Source: an uncultured Mycoplasmatota bacterium (GTDB taxonomy: Bacteria > Bacillota_I > Bacilli_A > RF39 > UBA660). Taken from it: 61,685 bases of DNA. Below the pieces are notes generated by a model that was given only the letters and a program-made list of their open reading frames with translations, was not told the DNA's origin and did no database searches. A program made the position numbers and the translations under genes. Below, piece by piece: positions 26,689 through 36,388 of the stretch; the first letter of the stretch is position 1; every line of letters starts with the position of its first letter. Where the stretch lies: NCBI GenBank assembly GCA_947303405.1, contig CAMYYH010000001.1, positions 1 through 61,685 on the forward strand, written 5' to 3'.

Positions 26689-29508
26689 CTACTTAATATC
26701 TCCATTACTAATTTCTTGTATAGGAATACCATAATCAATTATTTTATCATCAGAAACTATTCTTTCGCCTGTCTCATTATTAGATATTGCTTCTTGTCGT
26801 GGGACCTCATCATCATTAATAATTGTTCCGCCATTATTAATTGCTTGTTCTCCACCATCAGCACTTATACTTCCTCCCGTTGGTGTAACCGATACTCCGC
26901 CACCAATAATCAAATCGCCAGTCTCATCACCCAATGTTTGAATTCCTATAGGACCTTGATTATTTTGACTTGCCGCTTTATCGGCTGCTAACTCGGCAAA
27001 GAATTTTTCTTTAGCATCAGTAAGAGTCTTTTGTGCTTTAACATATTCTTCTTTAGCTTTATCGCTATTAGCAACTGCTTCCTTAGCTTTTTCAGCTGCT
27101 GCATTATATGCTAGAACAGCTTTATTATAATCATCCAATTGATTTTGAGTCAAAGAAGATTTATCTATATCTACAGCAATGTTTTCTGCATATTTTTCTT
27201 TAAGCGCATTAACACTCTCTTCATAAGCCTTCTTCTGTTCTTCAGACCAATTTCTTTGATCACCATATTTTGCAACTATTCTATCTCTAGTAGACTGAGC
27301 AGCTTCGGCTACTTTCTTTTCATCTTCAGGAGTTAATCTAGACTTACCAACTTCTAACGCTATATTATGATATATACCATCTTTATTCTTTTCATAAGAA
27401 CTAACAACTGAATCACTCCATTTACTATGATCTTTACCATATTCCTTTTCATACTTGCTTTGTAAACTATTAATTGAATTATCATACTTAGTTTTTGCTT
27501 CAGCTGACCACTTGGTTTTATCAACGCCATAGTTATAAGCAAGACTATTTTTAGCATTATCCAATGCTTTTTGATATGTCTCTAAATCATCAGCCGACCA
27601 CTTAGTAAAGTCATTGCCAATTTCATTAACTTTAGCGCTATATAGATTTTTAACTTCTTCATTATAAGCATCAAGAATCTCTTTGTTCCATTGAGCCGGT
27701 TCGGATTTAATTATAACACCAATACTCTCTTGTACTTTAACCAACTCTTCTTTAGCTTTAGCTAATTCTCCTAAAGCCACATTTGCTCCCTCTATAGAAT
27801 TACTATAAGTAGCACCAACTAAAGCTAAGTTATCCTGAGCCGCTTTAATATCCGGATTACTACTCAATATAACAAGTAATTTATCAACCGAACCATCTTG
27901 TAATAATGCTAAAGACTGAGCATCGTCATATAGTGTATTAAATTCTTCTACACCATCAGCTTTCGCAAGATTTTGAGCTCTCTCTGCTAATTCTTTTCTT
28001 AAATCACCGCTAATAATCGCATTAGTAGTTAAATTAACATCGGTAATAATAATTTCTATATCGGCATCACTATACCCAAATTCTTTTAACTTTTGTCTTA
28101 ACGCTGTCTTATCATCTGCATTATACAATTCATTAGCTAGGGCATATAACTCTTTTCTATGAGTCTCAATTGCCTCTACTCCCTGAGCTTCATACTCTTG
28201 ACGAGCCAAATCATCATAATCTTTTTCTAGTTCTATAACAATGTAATCAGCTGGTAATTCTGCTGTATCAACAAGCTTCTCTAAAGTACCGGTAACGGCC
28301 TCTATAGGTTTAGCCATTCCTGGTACCATTAGTTCTTCAACTATATCATCAACACTAAGATTATCATCTATATAATCAAGATCTAATGGTTCAAGATTTT
28401 TTATAGTAGATCTACCCTTAGCCTTGCTAGCATGAGTCTTTTTAGCATGGCTAGAAGACTTACCACCTTCGCCATGGCCTCCGGAGCTACCACTGCCATA
28501 GCTTGCACCATTGTTGCCACCATTATTGCCACCAGGATAAGAAGGACTCCCACTTGGACCCGTAGAACTTTCTTTTTTCTCTTCTTTTTTCACGATTTCC
28601 GAATCATTATTATATAATCCATACAGACTAGTAACAGCTGCTGAAAAAGCTCCGCCAAATATAGCTGCATTTGTAGCTTTATTCAAATAATTAACAGCTT
28701 TTTTTCTAGTATCATCATCATAAAAATTAACACTCTTAAGAAGAGATGATGCATCAGCAGAAACCGTAAACCCGGCATCCTTTAAATTCTTTTTGTAATT
28801 TTCTAAATCATCTTTACTAGCAACATCATATAATCCTAAATCAAAGGCAAAATTAACTACCGACTTAGACGTTTGTAATATATGTAATAAATCTTCATCA
28901 GTTAATTCATTTAATCCTAATTCATCAGCTAACAAAGCTGCTTGATATACACTATTCATTTCCATACCTTGCATAGTATAAAAAGCATTTAATAATTCAG
29001 ACATAGTATATTCTACAACAGTTCCGTCTGGATTAGTAACAGTAAATAATAACTGTGTAACTGAAATTCCTGTAGCGTTATTTACTACTACTTTCTTCTT
29101 AGCTTCAACAGTAAATTCAACATCCCCAGTTTCTGATTCAAACTTACTTACCGACTTTTCTATTTTTTTCAAACCCGAAATAATCACACTAAGTATTTTT
29201 TCAATCTTACCCTTGGTTGCCTTCATATCCGAGATTCGTATCGAATTCAAGTCAGCCTTACTTAACTCATTTTCAAGATAATCATACTTTTCATTAGGTT
29301 CGGCTCTTTCATCAGGCGTTCCTTCATTAATAATTATCATCTTAGGAGTTACACTTAAACTATTTTTAACACCACTAATAGCTCGGTCATTTAGCGTTTC
29401 TACCTCAGCAACTGCACTAGCATATAAAGCGGAATACTCATTTAATAACTCTTCAACATTTTTAATAAAAGTAGATAAGCCATTTTTATTGCATTTTACC
29501 TTCCCCAT
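26689..29508 (-). CDS. large coiled-coil protein with a Gly/Ser/Asn-rich linker and W-S repeats (possible secreted effector or scaffold)
   Basis: 939 aa, no signal peptide. One hydrophobic Gly/Ala-rich segment (NAAIFGGAFSAAVTSLYGLY), a low-complexity region (GPSGSPSYPGGNNGGNNGASYGSGSSGGHGEGG), then a long helical region with repeats of about 30 aa. Confidence 0.5.
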   Translation of the reverse strand: MGKVKCNKNGLSTFIKNVEELLNEYSALYASAVAEVETLNDRAISGVKNSLSVTPKMIIINEGTPDERAEPNEKYDYLENELSKADLNSIRISDMKATKGKIEKILSVIISGLKKIEKSVSKFESETGDVEFTVEAKKKVVVNNATGISVTQLLFTVTNPDGTVVEYTMSELLNAFYTMQGMEMNSVYQAALLADELGLNELTDEDLLHILQTSKSVVNFAFDLGLYDVASKDDLENYKKNLKDAGFTVSADASSLLKSVNFYDDDTRKKAVNYLNKATNAAIFGGAFSAAVTSLYGLYNNDSEIVKKEEKKESSTGPSGSPSYPGGNNGGNNGASYGSGSSGGHGEGGKSSSHAKKTHASKAKGRSTIKNLEPLDLDYIDDNLSVDDIVEELMVPGMAKPIEAVTGTLEKLVDTAELPADYIVIELEKDYDDLARQEYEAQGVEAIETHRKELYALANELYNADDKTALRQKLKEFGYSDADIEIIITDVNLTTNAIISGDLRKELAERAQNLAKADGVEEFNTLYDDAQSLALLQDGSVDKLLVILSSNPDIKAAQDNLALVGATYSNSIEGANVALGELAKAKEELVKVQESIGVIIKSEPAQWNKEILDAYNEEVKNLYSAKVNEIGNDFTKWSADDLETYQKALDNAKNSLAYNYGVDKTKWSAEAKTKYDNSINSLQSKYEKEYGKDHSKWSDSVVSSYEKNKDGIYHNIALEVGKSRLTPEDEKKVAEAAQSTRDRIVAKYGDQRNWSEEQKKAYEESVNALKEKYAENIAVDIDKSSLTQNQLDDYNKAVLAYNAAAEKAKEAVANSDKAKEEYVKAQKTLTDAKEKFFAELAADKAASQNNQGPIGIQTLGDETGDLIIGGGVSVTPTGGSISADGGEQAINNGGTIINDDEVPRQEAISNNETGERIVSDDKIIDYGIPIQEISNGDIK
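27109..27705 (-). repeat. five to six tandem repeats of about 30 aa (x-W-S-x6-Y-x7-L-x2-KY-x4-G-x-D) inside the 939-aa gene
   Basis: Protein residues 602-800: EPAQWNKEILDAYNEEVKNLYSAKVNEIGND / FTKWSADDLETYQKALDNAKNSLAYNYGVD / KTKWSAEAKTKYDNSINSLQSKYEKEYGKD / HSKWSDSVVSSYEKNKDGIYHNIALEVGKS / QRNWSEEQKKAYEESVNALKEKYAENIAVD / KSSLTQNQLDDYNKAVLAYN... Confidence 0.7.
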
Positions 29509-29520
29509 ATCATTATTCTC

Positions 29521-29721
29521 CTAATCATTTATATTTTGTATTCCACTAGCTTGTTCAGCCGCTTCATTTAATATATTCTTTATCTTTTCAGTAACCGCAG
29601 ACAAATCAAGAGGTTTATCATCTAAAGTAATAAAATTTACGTACTTCTTAAGGTCTAAATTAACATCTTTTAACTTTTTTACTGCAGCATTAGCTTGATC
29701 TTTAACATTGTATGTAGCCAT
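29521..29721 (-). CDS. small helical protein (possible WXG100/Lap-like partner)
   Basis: 66-aa ORF between the WXG100-like gene and the 939-aa gene. Sequence is predicted all-helical and has no TM. Confidence 0.4.
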   Translation of the reverse strand: MATYNVKDQANAAVKKLKDVNLDLKKYVNFITLDDKPLDLSAVTEKIKNILNEAAEQASGIQNIND

Positions 29722-29736
29722 AATAATTCCTCTTTT

Positions 29737-30045
29737 CTATGCCCCTTCAATTTCCTTATAAGCATTTTGTACTTCAGTATGTAACGTATCTGCATTAGAA
29801 TGAACTTTCCCATCAAAGAATTTAGCAAAGTCATTTATTACCTCCGGTACTTGATTTAAAGCCGGACGAAATGCTTTACAATCAGCCCAAAACGCCTTAT
29901 AGGCATCGCCTTCCCAAACATGATCTTTTTCTAAATTTTCCAATTTGCGATATATATTTTCAATAGTTGATTCAATATTTGCGGCTTCTTTTTTTAAAGT
30001 AGAAGCCAAGTTCTTAATAAACTCTGTATTAACTCCAAAATCCAT
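29737..30045 (-). CDS. WXG100 (ESAT-6-like) family protein
   Basis: About 102 aa from MDFGVN (AGGATG RBS). Helix-turn-helix layout with a central W-E-G (HVWEGDAYKAFW) and a C-terminal YKEIE (YxxxE). Confidence 0.6.
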   Translation of the reverse strand: MDFGVNTEFIKNLASTLKKEAANIESTIENIYRKLENLEKDHVWEGDAYKAFWADCKAFRPALNQVPEVINDFAKFFDGKVHSNADTLHTEVQNAYKEIEGA

Positions 30046-30066
30046 AAATATCATCCTATACTAAAC

Positions 30067-30096
30067 CTTATAATATATAATTATACCTAATTTCAA
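30067..30096 (-). promoter_or_regulatory. candidate sigma-A promoter of the WXG/LXG-like operon
   Basis: Minus strand TTGAAA, 18 nt spacer, TATAAG. It sits immediately after the eno terminator and about 20 nt before the RBS. Confidence 0.3.
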
Positions 30097-30097
30097 C

Positions 30098-30126
30098 AAA
30101 AAAAGAAATAGATTAAATTCTATTTC
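30098..30126 (-). terminator. rho-independent terminator of eno
   Basis: Minus-strand GAAATAGA-atttaa-TCTATTTC followed by TTTTTTT. It overlaps the eno stop codon. Confidence 0.6.
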
Positions 30127-31412
30127 AAACTATAAAAAGCATCTCTTCCTAAATACTTAGCTCTATCCCCTAATTCTTCCTCTATTCTCATCAACTCATT
30201 ATACTTCGCAACTCTATCTGTTCTACTAAGAGAACCAGTCTTAATTTGTCCGGCATTAAAAGCTACTACAACGTGAGCAATAGTCACATCTTCAGTTTCT
30301 CCACTTCTATGTGAAACAACTGCTGTATAGTTATTATCTCTAGCCATTTTCATAGCTTCTACAGTTTCCGTAAGAGTTCCTATTTGATTAAGTTTTAATA
30401 AAATTGAATTAGCTATACCCTTATCTATTCCTTCTTTAAATATGCTTGGATTAGTAACAAACAAATCATCACCAACTATTTGAATTCTTTTCCCTAAACG
30501 ATCAGTAAGTTTTTTCCATCCATCCCAGTCTTTTTCTCCTAAGCCATCTTCTATAGATATAATTGGATATTTATTAACTAATTCTTCTAACCAATCTATC
30601 ATTTCATCACTAGTCTTTGAGCCACCCTTAGAATGAGTTAAATCATACATCTTAGTTTCATTATTATAAAACTCTGAAGCAGCTACATCCATTCCTATAG
30701 CTATTTCTTCTCCAGGTTTATATCCAGCTTCCTCTATAGCTTTCACAATATACTTAAGTGGTTCTTCGTTATCTTTTAGATTGGGAGCAAAACCACCTTC
30801 ATCTCCAACCGCTGTTATTTGTCCATCAGCTTTTAATAATTTTTTCAAAGTATGAAATGTTTCTGAACCCATACGAACTGCTTCGTGAATATTTTTAGCC
30901 CCAACTGGCATAATCATATACTCTTGAAAATCAACAGATGAATCGGCATGAGCACCACCATTTAATACATTCATCATAGGTACAGGTAACGTTACTGCTT
31001 TATCCCCACCTAAATACTCATAAATAGGAACACCAGCTTCTTTACTAGCTGCATGACATACTGCTAAAGATATGCCTAATATAGCATTAGCTCCATACTT
31101 CGATTTATCCTTAGTTCCATCAGCTTTAATTAAGGCCTCATCTATTTCTCTTTGATTAGATACTTCCATACCTATAATTATATTCTTTAAAGTAGTATTA
31201 ACATTAGCCACTGCTTTTAATACACCCTTACCTAGATACCTATTCTTATCCCCATCTCTAAGTTCTAAAGCTTCCCTTTCTCCAGTTGAAGCCCCACTTG
31301 GTACACAAGCCCTTCCTAATACACCATTTTCTGTAATAACATCAACTTCAACAGTTGGGTTACCTCTTGAATCTAATATTTCTCTTGCATGTACACCTTT
31401 AATCTTTGACAT
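30120..31412 (-). CDS. eno: enolase (phosphopyruvate hydratase)
   Basis: [23 protein letters not shown]... with full-length enolase motifs. Start moved to the second ATG on RBS spacing (GAAGGAAGG). Confidence 0.97.
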   Translation of the reverse strand: MSKIKGVHAREILDSRGNPTVEVDVITENGVLGRACVPSGASTGEREALELRDGDKNRYLGKGVLKAVANVNTTLKNIIIGMEVSNQREIDEALIKADGTKDKSKYGANAILGISLAVCHAASKEAGVPIYEYLGGDKAVTLPVPMMNVLNGGAHADSSVDFQEYMIMPVGAKNIHEAVRMGSETFHTLKKLLKADGQITAVGDEGGFAPNLKDNEEPLKYIVKAIEEAGYKPGEEIAIGMDVAASEFYNNETKMYDLTHSKGGSKTSDEMIDWLEELVNKYPIISIEDGLGEKDWDGWKKLTDRLGKRIQIVGDDLFVTNPSIFKEGIDKGIANSILLKLNQIGTLTETVEAMKMARDNNYTAVVSHRSGETEDVTIAHVVVAFNAGQIKTGSLSRTDRVAKYNELMRIEEELGDRAKYLGRDAFYSLK

Positions 31413-31475
31413 CTTCATTACCTTCCTTCACAATTATATTTTATCATTTATCTATCAAGAATCATATCCTTAACT

Positions 31476-31520
31476 TTAATAATCATTATCTATTCGAATA
31501 CTATAGATAATGATTATTAA
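31476..31520. repeat. 18-bp perfect inverted repeat (hairpin, 9-nt loop) between the 489-aa gene and eno
   Basis: TTAATAATCATTATCTAT-tcgaatact-ATAGATAATGATTATTAA, read directly. The distal arm overlaps the stop codon of the 489-aa gene. No U-tract follows on either strand. Confidence 0.8.
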
Positions 31521-32986
31521 AGAGTCAATACCATTGGTTCACTAGAACTATTTAAAGAACTAGATCTTATTTTTGCAATAGAATCCCAATATTCATACAA
31601 ACGCTGCAATACATTATCAAGATCATCATCATTTACTTTCTCTAATATAGGATCCTTTTTAATACCTTGCATCAAATTTTTACGATAAGTCAAAGCATAG
31701 GCACTTAAAATAGTTATTGATTTGCTTCGAAGTGCTCTTATAGCCGTTCTAATTTGTTCATCATTAATAGATAGTTCATACAAATCATTAATACCGTTAT
31801 TGATTGCTCGTACCTCTTCAACTAAATGCTGATTCTTATCGGCTGCTACAGCATGTTCTTTTAAAAAACTAACAAATATACTACAAATAGAAATGTCGCT
31901 TCCTACTTCCATACGAACTTTTTCTAATATAGCTATTTGATCCACAATCGGAACTTTAGAATCAAAGTCAACTGAAACTCCAAATAACCAATTTAAAACT
32001 TCATTATGTTTTTTATACCATTCAATAACCTCTGCCATTTTTTGATCTACAATATTTTTAATTTTCTTTTCTCCCAATAACAAAACAAGTTTATTAACTA
32101 ATAATTTAACAAACAAGCAAAAAGGACCATCATTTTTATCATCAACTAACTTACCGCCGATTTTATCAGAATGATACATTAGCAAACATTCAAAAGAATC
32201 TTTAATACTTATTTTATCATCCTTACCCTTTGAATGTTCTTTATGTGCTCTATAATAATTATATATCGGTAAAACACTACCATAAGTATAACTTCGTAAA
32301 TTTCTTAACTCAGCTTCATAACCATTAGCATAATCTTCGACCATCTTTATAATTTCTTTTGGAACTAAAACCATTTTTAATTTATCATCATAATAAGGAG
32401 ATGTCACTATCATATTTCTTAGAGGGTCTGGCAATGTCCTAGGTAAAGGCATTTCTACCCCACTTTTACTTGCCGATACAAACCAAGCATTATATTTTCT
32501 TAATAATTCTCGTAATTCTTGTGCCTTTTCCAAAATGTTTTCTAAGGGCTTTAAGGATTTTTCATCATTAGGATCTAATTTACTACAATTTATCATTGGT
32601 AATGGTTCTGCTAATCTATACGTAATAAAAGTTTCCATTTCATCAAATAATGCTGGCATAGGAATAGCCGCAATAAGAGCCTTTTTCAATTCTATAGGAT
32701 CCATATAGCTTGTATCTAGTCCCTGATTAGATAAACTAATTATTCTTTTTATTATATCTGACCGCATACTTATTTCAGGACAGCTCATATCCCCAATAAT
32801 CACGTAAGTAGGATACCAAACCAAGTCCATTAAAGCATTTTTTAAATTGCGAATAATTTCATATTGACCCAGTATTCTTCTATTATCATTATTAAGGATA
32901 CTATCTTTATACAAATTTTCAAGATAATTCTCAACACTTTCAAGAACACTAAATACACGTACTACTCTATCCAAGAACTCTTCCAT
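31517..32986 (-). CDS. hypothetical cytoplasmic protein
   Basis: 489-aa uninterrupted ORF. No signal peptide, TM or recognisable motif. Mostly helical-looking sequence. Confidence 0.5.
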   Translation of the reverse strand: MEEFLDRVVRVFSVLESVENYLENLYKDSILNNDNRRILGQYEIIRNLKNALMDLVWYPTYVIIGDMSCPEISMRSDIIKRIISLSNQGLDTSYMDPIELKKALIAAIPMPALFDEMETFITYRLAEPLPMINCSKLDPNDEKSLKPLENILEKAQELRELLRKYNAWFVSASKSGVEMPLPRTLPDPLRNMIVTSPYYDDKLKMVLVPKEIIKMVEDYANGYEAELRNLRSYTYGSVLPIYNYYRAHKEHSKGKDDKISIKDSFECLLMYHSDKIGGKLVDDKNDGPFCLFVKLLVNKLVLLLGEKKIKNIVDQKMAEVIEWYKKHNEVLNWLFGVSVDFDSKVPIVDQIAILEKVRMEVGSDISICSIFVSFLKEHAVAADKNQHLVEEVRAINNGINDLYELSINDEQIRTAIRALRSKSITILSAYALTYRKNLMQGIKKDPILEKVNDDDLDNVLQRLYEYWDSIAKIRSSSLNSSSEPMVLTL

Positions 32987-33012
32987 TTTATCACCCCTAA
33001 AAATCTATATTT

Positions 33013-34416
33013 TTAATTCTTTTCTCCATCCAAAGAAAAACTCTTAGCTTCTATTATCTTAACATCAATAATATTACCAATATCTTCTTTAGCATTAGTT
33101 ACATTAACAAGTTTCATAGTTTCTGTATATCCAAATACTTTATTATTATCTTTTTCAGATATACCTTCTACTAATACTTTAACTACTTTACCTTCTAATT
33201 TCTTGTTGTTTTCTAATGAATATTTATTTATCAATTCATTTAATTTATATAATCTATCCTCTTTAGTTTTTAAATCAACACTATCCTCCATCGTTGCTGC
33301 TGGAGTACCTTCTCTAGGACTATATATAAAAGTAAAAGCCCCATCAAACTTACACTTATTAACTACATCTAAAGTTTCTAAAAAATCTTCTTCTGTTTCA
33401 TTAGGAAAACCTACTATTATATCTGTAGTAATTGCAACATCTTTTACTCTACCTTTAATCTTATTATACAATTCTAAATATTCATTCTTAGTATATCTTC
33501 TTCCCATTTTCTTTAATATACTATCAGAACCTGATTGTAATGGTAAATGTATATAATTCATTATATTATCATTATTAGCAATTGCATCTATCATTTCATC
33601 AGTAAAATCCCATGGATGTGAAGTAACAAACCTTACTCTTTCTATACCCGTTTCAGCAACACTTTGTAATAAATCTGCAAAACTAAGTTCACCCTCTATA
33701 TCTTTACCATAAGCATTAACATTTTGTCCAAGTAAAGTTACTTCTTTATATCCATCTTTAACAAGATCTTTTACTTCTTTGATTATTTCTTTACTCTTCC
33801 TACTTCTTTGTTTCCCTCTTGTATAAGGAACTATACAATAAGTACAAAACTTATCACATCCATATTGTATATTAACCCAAGCTTTAATATTAGAATCTCT
33901 TTTATAAGAAATATTCTCATAAACATTTCCTTCACAAGAATAAACTCTTATATTCTGTTTGCTATTTCTTTCTAATATTAAATCTTGTAATTCATGAATA
34001 TTATGAGTACCAAAAACTATATCTACGTAAGGGTGTTTCTTCATTAGTTCCTTTACTACTCCCTCTTCTTGAGCCATACACCCACAAATACCTATAATAA
34101 TACTGTCATCTAACTTTTTAGCATGTTTACATCTCCCTAAGAAACCATATAACTTATCATGAGCATTCTCTCTAATAGCACATGTATTTAATATTATTAT
34201 ATTTGCCTTCTCTAACTCATCCGTAGATTCAAAACCAAGAGACTCTAGTCTAGCCGCTATTTCTTCTGAATCATGAACATTCATCTGACACCCATAAGTT
34301 CTTAAAAAATACTTTTTATTCTTAAAAGCATTCTTATCATATTCCTGTTCTAAATAAATATGTTCAACTTCATTCTTAGTTCTCTTTCTTGCTTCTTTAA
34401 TATTAGGTAAATTCAT
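33013..34416 (-). CDS. miaB: tRNA (N6-isopentenyl-A37) methylthiotransferase
   Basis: YGCQMN (UPF0004 domain), radical-SAM CDKFCTYC, and a C-terminal TRAM domain. Start moved to MNLPNIKE (GGAGGTG RBS). Confidence 0.9.
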   Translation of the reverse strand: MNLPNIKEARKRTKNEVEHIYLEQEYDKNAFKNKKYFLRTYGCQMNVHDSEEIAARLESLGFESTDELEKANIIILNTCAIRENAHDKLYGFLGRCKHAKKLDDSIIIGICGCMAQEEGVVKELMKKHPYVDIVFGTHNIHELQDLILERNSKQNIRVYSCEGNVYENISYKRDSNIKAWVNIQYGCDKFCTYCIVPYTRGKQRSRKSKEIIKEVKDLVKDGYKEVTLLGQNVNAYGKDIEGELSFADLLQSVAETGIERVRFVTSHPWDFTDEMIDAIANNDNIMNYIHLPLQSGSDSILKKMGRRYTKNEYLELYNKIKGRVKDVAITTDIIVGFPNETEEDFLETLDVVNKCKFDGAFTFIYSPREGTPAATMEDSVDLKTKEDRLYKLNELINKYSLENNKKLEGKVVKVLVEGISEKDNNKVFGYTETMKLVNVTNAKEDIGNIIDVKIIEAKSFSLDGEKN

Positions 34417-34475
34417 AATACACCTCCACTCGTCCCAAGGATTATACCACAAAAAAAAGAAGAAATAAATCTTCT

Positions 34476-36308
34476 TTACTTCGTTTTTTTCTTCACTTGT
34501 ACTTGTTCTCGGTCTCCCAAAAACAATTCACGTATTTGTCTCAAAATATGCTCCACAGGGACACATTCACCCTTTACAATAGCATCGCGCACTTGTTCAA
34601 AAGGTAGCCCCCCAAACGGTGCTTTATAAACATAATGATAGTCAACTATTTCACCAGTTTGGTGGAATCTAATATAAGTATCAATAGCATTTTGAACAAA
34701 ATCTCGAAATTCATCAGATATATATAGATACTTAAGTACAGTAAGAATATCTTCTAAATCAGATGTACTTATTGTCCCGCTCCTAGCTATTATCGAGTTA
34801 TTTTGGATTGTTCTCCATCCAGTACTAAGACTATTTGTCTCTACAACAAAAATCATTTGATTTCCTCTTTTTTGTATAATAACCATATCAGCAGGTCCAC
34901 GAAAAATAATTCTAAAAGAACAATCATCTTCAAAATTAACATAAAATCTACGCGAAGAATTTGTATCAAACCATTTTGAAACTAGTATATTTAACTCCTC
35001 ATCATCAACATCTCCATTGGAAAATAGTCCAGCATAAGATTCAGATGAATAAGTACATATTGAACCATCACTCTTCATCTTGCCACTTCTAGGATAATCA
35101 TAACTAGTAAAAGTAATTCCAGGATTTAATAGTTCCCATTGTTGAGTATTACCACTAGTACTATAAGATAGTCCCATACCATTATTATCATATTGATCAA
35201 CCGGCTCAACTTCACTTACTACAATTTCCCTACTTGGTCCACCATAGCAACCACTAAATGTCTCACTAACTCTTAAGCTATATTGCCTATTTGTATCCGC
35301 AGCATCACTATATACATCTGCTACGAGCATGCTTCCGGGTGTTTCCCTAGCAATGGCCAACTTCTTACCAGCATCATCAATATTTATTACATCTTTCAAA
35401 GCGTAATAATACTTATCAACAACACCATTTTCGCAAATAGTTATCGAAGCCGATGACACATCGTATGTATTTGGAACTCTATCAGTTAAATCAATAGTTA
35501 CTAAAGCATTACCAGTTTTAAAACTAATTGACTTTTTATCTCTATTAATTATTCTAAAATCTTGAACTAAAGATAAGTCTATATTAATTCCATAATATTC
35601 CAAAATTCTTTGATTTTTCTTCAATAATGGCATAACTGGCTCCCACCTTTGCGCAGCAGACATCGAAAGCAATTCATATAGAGCTTCATCTACATTCCAG
35701 ACATCTGGAAAAACAGAAATAGATTTATTATCATTTACTATACTTTTTAACTCTCTATCAACATCCTTAAGGTTGAATCCGCTGTATATATGACTATTTA
35801 GACACAAAGATTTACTTAAAGCTTCTTTATATTGTTCTAAAAGTCCATAATCTAAAAGCTTTTTCATAAAGTCTACAACTTGGCTATAAGTAAAAACATT
35901 TGCTTTAGATTCAAAATCGGCTTTCTTAGTATAAGATACCGAACCATTACCCAGTGGCTTACAAATTCCAAGGAAAGAATCAACAAAAAGTAAGTTTTCA
36001 CCAAATCTAGGATATAATTCATAAGGCAACCCAGAGGCAACTTCTCTTCCAATTATCCTATTTCTAAGTGCAAGCGGAAACAAAAATGGCATATCAATTT
36101 TTAGCATTATCATCCGATATTCTTCAGGAATACCAGCAGCCTTAAAAAAAGTATCTGCCGTAATAAACACTGGTTTACCATCTTCTCCTATAGGCGTACG
36201 ATATTCTTTAAAAAAATCATTATGTTCACTATAGATGCTACATGCGTAATCATAAATATTTATTGCATTAGCAGGAACTGCTAAATAACAACACATGTTT
36301 TTTAACAT
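34476..36308 (-). CDS. hypothetical cytoplasmic protein
   Basis: 610-aa ORF with a strong AGGAGGGG RBS. No signal peptide, TM or recognisable motif. Looks GC-richer by eye than the flanking genes. Confidence 0.5.
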   Translation of the reverse strand: MLKNMCCYLAVPANAINIYDYACSIYSEHNDFFKEYRTPIGEDGKPVFITADTFFKAAGIPEEYRMIMLKIDMPFLFPLALRNRIIGREVASGLPYELYPRFGENLLFVDSFLGICKPLGNGSVSYTKKADFESKANVFTYSQVVDFMKKLLDYGLLEQYKEALSKSLCLNSHIYSGFNLKDVDRELKSIVNDNKSISVFPDVWNVDEALYELLSMSAAQRWEPVMPLLKKNQRILEYYGINIDLSLVQDFRIINRDKKSISFKTGNALVTIDLTDRVPNTYDVSSASITICENGVVDKYYYALKDVINIDDAGKKLAIARETPGSMLVADVYSDAADTNRQYSLRVSETFSGCYGGPSREIVVSEVEPVDQYDNNGMGLSYSTSGNTQQWELLNPGITFTSYDYPRSGKMKSDGSICTYSSESYAGLFSNGDVDDEELNILVSKWFDTNSSRRFYVNFEDDCSFRIIFRGPADMVIIQKRGNQMIFVVETNSLSTGWRTIQNNSIIARSGTISTSDLEDILTVLKYLYISDEFRDFVQNAIDTYIRFHQTGEIVDYHYVYKAPFGGLPFEQVRDAIVKGECVPVEHILRQIRELFLGDREQVQVKKKTK

Positions 36309-36388
36309 AATAAATCCCCTCCTAGGTAGGTATTATACCATATTTCCCCAACAATAAAAGAGCGAATACCTTCGCCCTTATATACTTA

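Noticed and set aside
26689-29508. Phage tape-measure protein interpretation: long helical protein with a Gly-rich hydrophobic segment, two small upstream genes and a downstream lysin
   Set aside because: No capsid, portal, terminase, tail, integrase or holin genes occur anywhere nearby. The small upstream gene has a WXG motif rather than a gpG/gpGT frameshift arrangement. The block is a single terminator-bounded operon between housekeeping genes.
23949-30096. Calling the block a complete type VII secretion system
   Set aside because: No EssC-like FtsK/SpoIIIE ATPase and no polytopic EssA/EssB/EsaA-like proteins are present in the operon or anywhere in the window. Only substrate- and effector-like genes are supported.
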